64,000 bases of DNA from Octopus sinensis (taxonomy: Eukaryota): NCBI RefSeq assembly GCF_006345805.1, contig NC_043003.1, positions 97,588,001-97,652,000 on the forward strand, read 5' to 3'. Of this stretch, positions 50,482 to 62,620 are shown piece after piece. Position 1 is the stretch's first letter. Each line of letters starts with the position of its first letter. Under the pieces are notes generated by a model. That model saw nothing but the letters and a program-made list of their open reading frames with translations, was not told the DNA's origin and ran no database searches. The position numbers and the translations under genes are program-made.

Positions 50482-50974
50482 GGTTCGCCCGCCCTCCCAC
50501 ACCCACCACCCATACCGGAGAACACTCTGTTTACACCATCCTCACCGGATATCCCCTCTACCACCGCCACCACTACGTGTGTCTGTTCCTCCTACCCCTC
50601 CTCCTCAATATACTTTCTCACTATGTATTTACCCCTGCCTCTCTCCCCCTGGACAGAAGCAGCTAGCGCCGCAGCTCATCAAACGTCCCACTTAACCTGT
50701 TATCTTATGTTCCTCCTGTTTTGAAATGTGTCACTGCCTCAACCGGCTATCTCCTTCCAGCCCCCTCCCCCACTCGTGATATCCTACGTTTTTACTTCCT
50801 ACTTTTCATTCTGTCTAGAACCTGCCACCAACCCTACCTGTCATCGTTTCTCTTTACCCCAAACCTTCCCCACTGGTGCTCCCCTATATTACATGCACCC
50901 CCCCCCCACTCTCTCTCCCTCTCTTCTCTCGGCCGGAACCCTCCCCCCTGCCGCAATGCAACGAAAAAAGGCAA

Positions 50975-51206
50975 TAACCGATCGTGGCCGATGCCAGACC
51001 CCTCTGGCACCTGTGCAGGTGGCACGTAAAAAGCACCCACTACACTCGCGGAGTGGTTGGCGTTAGGAAGGGCATCCAGCTGTAGAAACACTGCCAGATC
51101 AGACTGGAGCCTGGGGCAGCCCCTGGCTCCCCAGACCCCGGTCAAACCGTCCAACCCGTGCTAGCGTGGAAAACGGACGTTAAACGATGATGATGATGAT
51201 GATGAT
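50975..51206 (+). mobile_element. Family B element, 3' part
   Basis: Same core and tail. Confidence 0.8.
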
Positions 51207-52215
51207 GTCTGTGTTTGTCCCATCCAACATCGCTTGACAATCGATGCTGGTGTGTTTATGTCCCCGCCACTTAGCGGTTCAGCAAAAGAGACTGATAGAA
51301 TAAGTACTGGGCTTACAAAGAATAAGTCCCGGGGTCGAGTTGCTCGATTAAAGGCGGTGCTCCAGCATGGCCGCAGTCAAATGACTGAAACAAGTAAAAG
51401 AGTAAAGAGTAATAGTAAATATTTATATACGTGTTTCAATACGTTCTTTTACTTCTTTCAATCATTTGACTGCAGCCATGCTGGAGCACCCGCCTTGAAG
51501 GGTTTTAAGTCAAACAAATTGACCCCAGTACTTATTTTGTAAGCCTGGTACTTATTCTATCAGTCTCTTTTGCCGAAAAGCTAAATTATGAAGACGCAAA
51601 CACACCAACGCCAGTTGTCATGCAGTGATGGTGGGGCAAACACAGACATACATACACATGTACACGATGGGCTTCTTTCAGTTTCCAACTACCAACTCCA
51701 CTCGGAAGGTTTTTGGTCAGCCTGAGGCTATAGAAGACACTTGCTTAAGGTGCCATGCAGTGGGACTGAACCTGGAACCATGGGGTTGGGAAGCAAGCTT
51801 CTTACCACAGAGCTATGCCATGATGATGTCTTTTACAAAAATAACTCAGTTCATATGGCCTTATAAATTTAACTCCCTAGGCATGGTATATCGTTATAAA
51901 ACTGACTCAAAAGGCATGGTATCAATTTATAAATGCCACTCAATGGACACATGATAATTTTGCAATACAGAAAAGGAACAGGGAAAAAGGAAAAGGAAAA
52001 CACACTCACCTCCACTGTTCCGTTTCATATACTTCCCATTTGGTAGTGGAAGCTTTTTTCTTTTCCTCCCCACCCCCCATTCCTTTTCTGACTTGCAAGT
52101 TACATGATCTTGAGCTAAACATCCCAACTACTAAGACCACATGCCTTCACAAACAATATCATCATCATCGTTTTAATGTTCACTTTTCCATGCTCACATG
52201 GGTTGGACAGAATTT

Positions 52216-52224
<9 letters not shown>

Positions 52225-52247
<23 letters not shown>

Positions 52248-52600
52248 TGTTTAGCGTCCGCTTTCCATGCTAGCATGGGTTGGACGGTACAACTGGGGTC
52301 TGGGGAGCCAGAAGGCTGCACCAGGCCCAGTCTGATCTGGTAATGTTTCTATGGCTGGATGCCCTTCCTAACGCCAACCACTCCGTGAGTGTAGTGGGTG
52401 GTTTTTACGTGCCACCAACACAGGTGCCAGACGAGGCTGGCAAACGGCCACGATCGGATGGTGCTTTTTACGTACAACAGGCACGAGGGCCAGGCGAGGC
52501 TGGCAACGGCCACGATCGGATGGTGCTTTTTACGTGCCACCGGCACAAGGCCAGTCAGGGCAGCACTGGTAACGGCCACGTTCGGAAGGTTCTGGATACC
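52225..52600 (-). mobile_element. Family B element
   Basis: Same core and tail. Confidence 0.75.
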
Positions 52601-53077
52601 TTTCACTGCTTATAACATTGACACTTGTAGACAACAATTACAAGATAAGGAGACAGTAACAACACACACACATGCTTATACGAGATTCTTTCAGTTACTG
52701 CCTACCCCAAATCCTCTCACAAGGCTTTAGTCAGTCCAGGGTTATAGTAGAAAACTACTTACACAAAGTGACATGCAGTAGGACTGAACCCAGAACCATG
52801 TGGTTGGGAAGCCAACTTCTTATTACATAGCCATGCCAATGCTATATATCACCACTAATACATGATGTGAATTTAAACCCAATGCAGTACATACCATAGT
52901 ATAAATTAATAATTCAACATATCAAACAGAACTGAGGAGTTGATATCTAAACACATTTGTTATAGAAGCTTAATACAATGTGGTACAACAATTTATACCA
53001 CTTGTCATTTCTTTTTTGCTTTTTTTTGCATTTTTTTTTACAATATGGGTTGATCTGGTGGGGGTGGGGGATCATTC

Positions 53078-53305
53078 TCTTTTACTCTCTTTTACTTGTT
53101 TCAGTCATTTGACTGTGGTCATGCTAGAGCACCGCCTTTAGTCAAGCAAATCGACCCAAGGACTTATTCTTTGGAAGCCTAGTACTTATTCTATTGGTCT
53201 CTTTTGCCGAACCACTAAGTTACGGGGACGTAAACACACCAGCATCGGTTGTCAAGCAATGTTGGGAGAACAAACACAGACACACAAACATATACACACA
53301 CATAC

Positions 53306-53361
<56 letters not shown>

Positions 53362-53531
53362 TATATATGATGGGCTTCTTTCAGTTTCCGTCTACCAAAT
53401 CCACTCACAAGGCTGTGGTCAACATGAGGCTATAGTAAAAGACACTTGCCCAAGGTGCCATGCAGTGGAAATGAGCCTGGAACCATGTGGTTTGTAAGCA
53501 AGCTACTTACCACACAGCCACTCCTGCGCCT
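53078..53531 (-). mobile_element. SINE family A
   Basis: Full-length match. Confidence 0.85.
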
Positions 53532-54109
53532 GTCATTGCACATGACCTTCTTTTGAATAACTTCAAGTTCACTGGAAGAAAAATGAGGGCTGACATTCCA
53601 GAGAGGAAAGACTGAGAAAAAGTGGTTGCCTAAGAGAGCAACAGTAAGAAATAAATGAGTCAGGTGGGGTGGGGTGGAAGAAGAACAGCCAATTCCAAGG
53701 AGCATAGGCCACTGTAGAGGTAGCATGAGGTGATAGAGGGGGTGAGGAGGGGGAGGAGACAGAACATTGACAGGCCATACACTGAAGTTGTAAGAGAGAG
53801 CGAGAGAGAGTTTGTGACCTTCTGGTTGTGACCCAGGATGTCTGTGTGTACAGCAGCAGCATTGCCCATGTGCATAACAACAGTACCATCTGCATGTGCA
53901 GCAGAAACACCATCCACATGCACAACAACAAAATAGTCCGTGTGCATAACACTGCCACTAATGAGCCTGTTAACTGTTTTTCATCTCAAACTGATACTAT
54001 ACACAGCCTTGAAAAACCTTCTCTCTTCCATTTGACATTATAACTGATACCTCCAAGCTTGCAACCCTCCGTCTTTGCTTTCTCTACTGATTGCTCTCTG
54101 CTTTGATAT

Positions 54110-54495
54110 CTGATCATCATCATCATCATCGTTTAGCATCCGCTTTCCATGCTGGCATGGGTTGGACGGTTCGACCGGGGTCTGGGAAGCCAGAAGGCTG
54201 CACCAGGCTCCAGTCTGATCTGGCAATGTTTCTACGGTTGGATGCCCTTCCTAACGCCAACCACTCCATGAGTGTAGTGGGTGCTTTTTACGTGCTACCG
54301 GCACAGGTGCCAGACGAGGCTGGCAAACGACCACGATTGGATGGTGCTTTTTACGTGCCACCGGCACGGAGGCCAGGCGAGACTGGCAAATGGCCACAAT
54401 CGGATGGTGCTTTTTACATGCCACCGGCACGGAGGCCAGGCGAGGCTGGCAACGGCCACGTTCGGATGGTTCTTTTATGTGCCACCGGCACTGGT
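54110..54495 (-). mobile_element. Family B element
   Basis: Same core and tail. Other partial copies lie at about 11350, 46565, 48280, 57060, 58155 and 59790. Confidence 0.8.
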
Positions 54496-54692
54496 ATCTT
54501 CATTAAACTCTTTAGCATTCAGATCACTGTCAAATGTAATGCTTATTTATTCACCTTTCTTTGAATCAATCCTGCATTATCTCATAGCTTCAAGATAATA
54601 TACTTGTTTATTTTTTGAATGACATTGCAGGGTAGATGCAAGAGGCTGGATCTAGCCAGTTTGAACCTAAAACAGGATGAATATTTGGGCCA

Positions 54693-55010
54693 GTGGTGAG
54701 AGCGTCGAGCTTATGATCGTGAGGTTGTGAGTTTGAATCCAGGACCGGACTGCGTGTTGTGTTCTTGAGCAAGACACTTCATTTCACTTTACTCCAATTC
54801 ACTCAGCTGTAGAAATGAGTTGCGACATCCCTGGTGCCAAGCTGTATCGGCCCCTTTGCCTTTCCCTTGGATAACACTGGTGGTGTGGAGAGGGGAGGCC
54901 GGTATGCATGGGCGACTGCTGGTCTTCCATAAACAACCTTGCCCAGACTTGTGCCTGGGAGGGTAACTTTCTAGGTGCAATCCCAGTCAGTCATGACCGA
55001 AGGGGGTCTC
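54693..55010 (+). mobile_element. Another tRNA/CORE-like SINE (relative at about 13020-13300)
   Basis: B-box-like GTTTGAATCC, the motif TGTGTTCTTGAGCAAGACAC, and a shared body GGTGCCAAGCTGTATCGGCC...GGTATGCATGGGCGACTGCTGGTCTTCC. Confidence 0.65.
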
Positions 55011-55092
55011 AAACCCTTTAACATTCAGCTTGTTCTATCAATAAATTGCTTTTTTATTCAGTTTTAAATTAATCATGCATTATCTTATAACT

Positions 55093-55245
55093 GTGGCTGT
55101 GTGGTAAGAAGCTTGCTTTCCAACCACATGGTCCTGGGTTCAGTCCCACTGCATGGCACCTTGGGCAAGTGTATTCTACTACAGCCTTGGACTGATGAAA
55201 GCCTTGTGAGTGGACTTGATAGACAGAAACTGGAAGAAGTCCATC

Positions 55246-55283
<38 letters not shown>

Positions 55284-55495
55284 GTGTATTTGTCTATCTG
55301 TACCCCCACTAACACTTGACAACCAATGCTAGTGTGTTTATGTCCCAATAACTTAGCGGTTCAGCAAAAGGGACCGATAGAATAAGTACTAGGCTTACAA
55401 AGAATAAGTCCTGGGGTCGATTTCTTTGATTAACACCATTTAAGGTGGTGCTCCAGTATGGCAGCATTCAAATGACTGAAACAAGTAAAAGAACG
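55093..55495 (+). mobile_element. SINE family A
   Basis: Full-length match, more diverged. Confidence 0.8.
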
Positions 55496-56243
55496 AAATA
55501 ATTGCTAAATTTTAGAATGCTATTGTTTTCTACTCTAGGCACAAGGCCTGAAATTTTGGGGGAGGGGGCCAGTCGATCAGATCGACCCCAGTATGCAACT
55601 GGTACTTAATTTATCAACCCTGAAAGGATGAAAGGCAAAGTTGACCTTGGCGGAATTTGAACTCGGAACGTAAGTACAGACAAAATACCGCTAAGCATTT
55701 CTGGCGTGCTAATGTTTCTGCCAGCCCACCGCCTTTTGTGAATGATATTGTAGGATTGATGTGAGGGGCCAAATCTGACCAGTCTGAACATAAATAGGTA
55801 GGATATATGGGCCAGATACAATTGGTTCAAATGCCAGAGTTGTTAATCTTCTCATACAATTAATAAGCGACTACATCACAAGGCTGTCACCGACTTCATC
55901 ATTATTCTGTTTTTATTACAATTTAGATACTTTTATCTAATCAGTAAAATCTATTTCTCCACCCACATATGGTATTTATTTTATACCAACATCAGCAGTT
56001 TTACAACGTTGTTTCATCAATAAAGGAGCTACACAGATTATATTGTTACAAAAGGCCAGCTGACAAACTGATATGAAGTCACTCGCTAACACACCCTAGC
56101 ATCTGGAGCATATATATACTATGTCCTCACTCTTTTGTCTCTGTTGCTACATTAATAGCTTTTGCCCTTTGGAACTCACTCAACTTGTACCACACTCATC
56201 TAAGAGCCACCTGACTCACTTGTCTCTGCATTTTCATCATCCA

Positions 56244-56650
56244 GGCGCAGGAGGGGCTGTGTGGTAAGTAGCTTGTTTACCAACAACATGGTTCCGGGTT
56301 CAGTCCCACTGCGTGGCACCTTGGGCAAGTGTCTTCTACTATAGCCTCGGGCCGACCAAAGCCTTGTGAGTGGATTTGGTAGACGGAAACTGAAAGAAGC
56401 CCGTCGTATATATGTATATATATATGCGTGTGTGTGTTTGTGTGTCTGTGTTTGTCCCCCTAGCATTGCTTGACAACCAATGCCGGTGTGTTTATGTCCC
56501 CGTTACTTAGTGGTTCGGCAAAAGAGACCGATAAAATAAGTACTGGGCTTACAAAAGAATAAGTCCCAGGGTCGAGTTGCTCGATTAAAGGCGGTGCTCC
56601 AGCTTAGCCGCAGTCAAATGAATGAAACAAGTAAAAGAGTAAAGAGAGTA
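56244..56650 (+). mobile_element. SINE family A
   Basis: Full-length match. Confidence 0.85.
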
Positions 56651-57605
56651 TCCATATTGTGTCCCCTGCTCTGTAATGCATGCACTAACAGATTTTCTTA
56701 GCAACCCACCCACTCACCCAGTTTGGAAATTCTGGAATTTCCCTTCTGCTCATGTTTTTCCTGTGGCCTTTCATTTGAAGTTGTTCAAGGACATCAAACA
56801 TGTCAATTTCATCAGTTTCTGAAAATCTGCAGAAGCCATGGGCACAGTTCTCTTCCACCAGACTAAATCGTTCAGCTGGCATGTGTATCCGTTATTCAAA
56901 AGACCAGCCACATCATTATACACTGTCAGGCTGATTCTGTCTGAAGATTATGTTACAGGTGCCTACTTGCACTATGTTATAATAAATCCATTGATAAATA
57001 AATGGATACTTAAGGTCGGACAAACAGGACACATTTTATTTATTTATTTATTTATATATATCATCATCGTCATTTAACGTCAGCTTTCCATGCTAGCATG
57101 GGTTGGACAATTTGAATGAGGACTGGCGAACCAGATGGCTGCACCAGGCTCCAATCTTGATCTGGCAGAGTTTCTACAGTTGGATGCCCTTCGTAATGCC
57201 AACCACTCCGAGAGTGTACTGGGTGCTTTTATGTACCACCGGCACGAGAGCCAGTCAGGCGGTACTGCCAACGGCCACACTCAAATGGTGATTTTACATG
57301 CCACCTGCACAGGAGTCAGTCCAGTGGCACTGACAATGACCTCGCACGAATGTTTTGTTGACGTGCCACCAGCACGTGAACATATATATATATATATATT
57401 ATATATATATATATGCGCGTGTATGTGTGTGTACACAAAGCTTTTTTTTTACTCACTGCCTCTTTCTCTCACCTCTTTTTGTGCGCGCGTGTGTCTAACC
57501 ATCTTGCATACCTACATCTAGCTCTTTAGCATTTAAATCAACCAGATCTGGCCTCTTACACCTCCCCTACAATGTCCTTCTAAAATTAAACAATCACACC
57601 ATTAA

Positions 57606-57826
57606 CCCTTTCAATACCAACCCGGCTAAAACCGGCTCTGGCTCTGTAGTAGAAATGTTTTGTTTTCATAAGTTTTGAATTAAAATCTTCCACCAAATCT
57701 TATTCACAATTTATGTTCCTAACACTAGCTTAATGATAACCAAGTTATTTTACTAAATTCTTTGTTATATTTAAAATAATTGAAAGAAACACAGAGCGTC
57801 TCAAAATAAATACAGTAACGAAGGGG
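57606..57826. mobile_element. piggyBac-like MITE, family 2, nested in a family 1 MITE (about 57520-57928)
   Basis: TTAA TSD on both sides; the flanks rejoin as a reversed family 1 MITE. Confidence 0.75.
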
Positions 57827-58452
57827 TTAAAGCCTACAAGATCTACAAGATAATGCATAATAATTCAAAACAATGTCAATAAATAAGCATTGTATTTGAA
57901 TGAGTAATCCGAGTGCTGAAGGGGGCTAGTGAAGACGTATGGCTTAGTGGTTAGGGTATTCAGCTCACACTCGTAAGGTCATGAGCGCGATTCCTGGCAG
58001 GGCCATTGTGTCCTTGAAGCAAACACTATTTCATTATGCTCCAATCCACTCACCTGGCAAAAATAAGTTGTACCTGTAATTCAAAGAAGCCAGCCTTGTC
58101 ACATTCTGTGTTATGCTGAATATTCATGAAAATTATGTTAAAGATATGCATCACCATCATCATTTAGCATCCGCTTTCCATGCTAGCATGGGTTGGACGG
58201 TTCAAGGCCCAGTCTGATCTGGCATTGTTTCTATGGCTGGATGCCCTTCCTAACGCCAACCACTCCATGAGTGTAGTGGGTGCTTTTTGCGTGCCAGACG
58301 AGGCTGGCAACAGCCACAATCGGATGGTGCTTTTTATGTGGAATACTCAACCACTTGCATGTTAATTTCACAAGCAAGCTGTTGTGTCGATTGGATCAAC
58401 TGGAACACTTGTCGTAACTGATGGTATGCCAGTTTTATTCATACCTCTGTAT

Positions 58453-58848
58453 GCAGGAGTGGCTATGTGGTAAGTAGCTTGCTTACCAACCAAATGGTTC
58501 CAGGTTCAGTCCCACTGCGTGGCACCTTGGGCAAGTGTCTTCTACTATAGCTTCAGGCTGACCAAAGCCTTGTGAGTGGATTAAGTAGACAGAAACTGAA
58601 AGAAGTCCATTGAATATATATGTGTGTATATGTTTGTATCTCTCTTTACTCTTTTATTCTTTTACTTGTTTCAGTCATTTGACTGCGCCCATGCTGGAGC
58701 ACCGCCTTTAGTCGAGCAGATCGACCCAACGACTTATTCTTTGTAAGCCCAGTACTTATTCTATCGGTCTCTTTGCCAAACCGCTAAGTTATGGGGACGT
58801 AAACACACCAGCATCGGTTGTCAAGCGATGTTGAGGGGACAAACACAG

Positions 58849-58895
<47 letters not shown>

Positions 58896-59280
58896 CATAT
58901 ACACGATGAGCTTCTTTCAGTTTCCGTCTACCAAATCCACTCACAAGGCTTTGGTCGGCCCAAGGCTATAATAGAAGACACTTGCCCAAAGTGCCACGCA
59001 GTGGGATTGAACCCGGAACCATGTGGTTGATAAGCAAGCTACTTACCACACAGCCACTCATGCGCCTATCTGTTTGTCTTTCTAACATCCCTTGACAACC
59101 GATGCTGGTGTGTTTACGTCTCTGTAACTTAGCAGTCTGGCAAAAAGAGACCGATAGAATAATTATTAGGCTTACAAAGAATAAGTGCTGGGGTCGATTT
59201 GTTCGACTAAAGGCAGTGCTCCAGCATGGCCACAGTCAAATGACTGGAACAAGTAAAAGAGAGAAAAAGAAAGAGAAAGC
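58453..59280. mobile_element. SINE family A plus-strand copy with a minus-strand copy (58640-59068) nested in its microsatellite
   Basis: 5' half, then an inverted full copy, then the 3' half. Confidence 0.8.
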
Positions 59281-60150
59281 CAAAACACTGAATCTGTAGA
59301 GGCATGATTTTCTAAAACACCTTTCTGCATGAATGCAGGTACAGAAATTTTCAATAAACATATTTATGCATAGTGTTATTGTAGCTTAGCTTCCCACACC
59401 CCAGATCAGCACCAATGCAGCAAATATGCAACCAAAAGTGTTCCAGGCATGAATCTCCAGTCTGAAGGTTTTTTTTTTTTAAATCTTTTGTATTTTTATG
59501 ATATTTCTAATCCTTTTTTTAAATTGGCAGAGAATGATAGAGTAATATAGCTGTTATTTCTAACCGGTTAGTGGACTGTAGAGGGGCAGAGTTCCTCAAT
59601 GTACTTGTGTGTGTTGACGTTTAATACTGTAACCATGAAATAGAGAGAGAGAGAAAACACATTGTATAGTACACGGAGAGGAATCTTACACTCAGTGCCA
59701 TCTTAAGACATAAGCACATAGGGCAGCTGCCCAGAGATCTCATGGGTCTAGGGGTCCAATTCGAATCTATGTACAATTTGCCTTGCTATCATCATCATCA
59801 TCGTTTAACGTCCACTATCCATGCTGGCATGAGTTGGACGGTTTGACTGAGGTCTGGCGAACCAGATGGCTGCGCCAGGCTCCAGTCTGATTTGGCAGAG
59901 TTTCTACAGCTGGATGCCCTTCTTAACGCCAACCACTCCGAGAGTGTAGTGGGTGCTTTTACGTACCACCGGCACGAGGGCCAGTCAGGCGGTACTGGCA
60001 ACGGCCACACTCAAATGGTATTTTTTACGTGCCACCTGCACAGGAGCCAGTCCAGCGGCACTGGTAACGACCTCGCTCGAATGTTTTTTTTTTTTCGCGT
60101 GCCACCGACACAAGTGCCAGTAAGGCGACGCTGGTAACGATAAATAGATA

Positions 60151-60384
60151 AAAGGCGGCGAGTTGGCAGAAACGATAGCACACCGGGCGAAATGCGTAGC
60201 CGTATTTCATCTGCCATTACGTTCTGAGTTCAAATTCCGTCGAGGTCGACTTTGCCCTTCATCCTTTCGGGGTCGATAGATTAAGTACCAGTTACGCACT
60301 GGGGTCGATGTAATCGACTTAATCCGTTTGTCTGTCCTTGTTTGTCCTCTCTGTGTTTAACCCCTCGTTGGTAGTAAAGAAATA
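60151..60384 (+). mobile_element. SINE family C with ~16-bp TSD
   Basis: GGTAACGATAAATAGA and GGTAACGATCAATAGA flank the copy. Confidence 0.85.
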
Positions 60385-60630
60385 GGTAACGATCAATAGA
60401 TGAACATTAAAGGGCCCAGTACATTGATTTGCCGGTGGCGGGGAAGGGATTACAACGCTGCTAAGATGGTCCTGCTAACAGGACACGTGTCAGATATTAT
60501 TAGTATACACAAACAAATACAACAGCACTGAAATCCAAAAGTGCGCGAATGTATAAGAAACACATTACACTCACTACAAAGCAAAACGTACAAGGAATGC
60601 CCATTCATTCGCGCAAGTGTATCCACCCAC

Positions 60631-60720
60631 CTCAAGCTGTTTCCCTAGCAATAAACTATTTTTTCTGTCGGTGACATTCCCACCAGAACAGAGGACGTAT
60701 GAGTACATATGTCGATATAT
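60631..60720 (-). promoter_or_regulatory. Candidate non-coding first exon/promoter of SAP30L
   Basis: Unique, locally CpG-containing sequence with a good minus-strand donor GAG|GTGGGT at 60630. The link to SAP30L is inference only. Confidence 0.3.
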
Positions 60721-61170
60721 ACTATGATTGTGGTGAATAAATCTAGTACAATGTTTTCATAAAGTGGCTTTAGTTTTAGTCTTTTCTTTTAACAACTCCT
60801 CCTCCACAACTAAAATATATTTTGGTCCTTGAAAACTTCAGTTTCCAAACATTGTGGGATATATTTAAAAGCGTACAGATGGAAGGTAAGGCAAGGAGAA
60901 ATAGCTACAAAATCACAAGAGATCGAATCTATTACAGGTCAAGGCTTGCTTTTTTAAAATTACAAAAGGAAAATATATGGAATAATAAATTGCACATTCT
61001 ACACTTATATACACCTGACGGACTGTTAGAAGAATATAAAACAACAGATAATGCTATCCTCTGTTCTTACCAAAATTAATAAACGACATACCCTAAGAGT
61101 GCCTAATAAATAATACCCAATACATACAGAGATTTAATTCCTGAGGGATAACAAAAAAAAGGAGACGCTT

Positions 61171-61525
61171 AAGGAGTGGCTGTGTGGTAAGTAGCTTGCT
61201 TACCAACCACATGGTTCCGGGTTCAGTTCCACTGCGTGGCATCTTGGGCAAGTGTCTTCTACTATAGCCTCGGGCCGACCAAAGCCTTGTGAGTGGATTT
61301 GGTAGACGGAAACTGAAAGAAGCCCGTCGTATATATGTATGTGTGTGTGTCTGTGTTCGTGTTTGTCCCCCTAGCATTTGCTTGACAACTTAGCGGTTCG
61401 GAAAAAGAGACCGATAGAATAAGTACTGGGCTCACAAAGAATAAGTCCCGGGGTCGATTTGTTCGACTAAAGGCGGTGCTCCAGCATGGCCGCAGTCAAA
61501 TGACTGAAACGAGTAAAAGAGTAAA
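61171..61525 (+). mobile_element. SINE family A
   Basis: Near-full-length match with an internal deletion. Confidence 0.85.
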
Positions 61526-61953
61526 CCGTAAAACAGAAACAGTAAAAGCAATCTGCTTTTTAAATGATTTTGCAACAAAAAAAAAAAAAATAACGATGGC
61601 GATGATAAAGTGTTTGACTATGTAAACGACATAAGCCAATGGAAAGAGGTTGTGTCTTTTTTGAAATAAGAGAGAGAGAAAAAAAAATGAGATATATTAA
61701 GAGGGCGGGCAAAGTACTACAATCAGGCGGTCACTGTACACTTCGTATAATGTTCTTCCTTGAAACTAGTAATAACAAACTGTCAGTGTGTTATTGCTTA
61801 CCTACCAAATTACTTTCTAAACAGTAATTAATACTGACCACTTATCTTATATTAAATTTAATGTCCCCACAACACACACACACTCGCCACTTTCTCTTTA
61901 TATATGTATCAACCTCTCCTGTTCGCCAATATATAACATCCCTTCTTTACGTG

Positions 61954-61989
<36 letters not shown>

Positions 61990-62347
61990 CGTGTGCCCTT
62001 TCTCTTTTATCTCCTTTTTTTTCTATCCGCTGGGTTTGTATTTTGTAGACGAAAAAGTGAGAAAGAGAATGTAACATTAAAGTACAAGACTATCGAAAAA
62101 CACAGGTCTTTCTTCAAAACCCATTTCGGACAGACAACCGAAAACATGAGCGCGCCCATGCACGTGACACTATTTGTTCGCGTGTGCGTGCGCGCATGTA
62201 TGTATGTACGTGTTATATATATATATAACTTATAAATAAGGCCTAACGAAAAAAAAAAAAGTTGTTTATAATTTTAACCTTTAAAGGTATTTTTTAATAT
62301 GCTGGCCATTGATAAAAATTTTTTCAAAAAAATAATTATTCCTACAT

Positions 62348-62385
<38 letters not shown>

Positions 62386-62559
62386 ATATATATAATGTCC
62401 GCTATTTTATTTATTTATTAGTTACCACGGTACTGGTGTGTGTTTTTTCATTCAAAATTTAACTTTTCCTTACGTTCCATCGGTAAGCAGTAACTCCGAG
62501 AAATGTTACATCAAAAATATGTTGCACATTATCATTTCTTTTATATAGAAATCGGTGAG

Positions 62560-62620
<61 letters not shown>
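62348..62620. repeat. Long (TA)n and (CA)n(TA)n microsatellites
   Basis: Direct reading at about 62348-62395 and 62558-62618. Confidence 0.9.

Noticed and set aside
53850-53960. 9-aa periodic ORF (VHVDGVSAAHADGT...)
   Set aside because: It is an imperfect ~27-bp minisatellite with no coding support.
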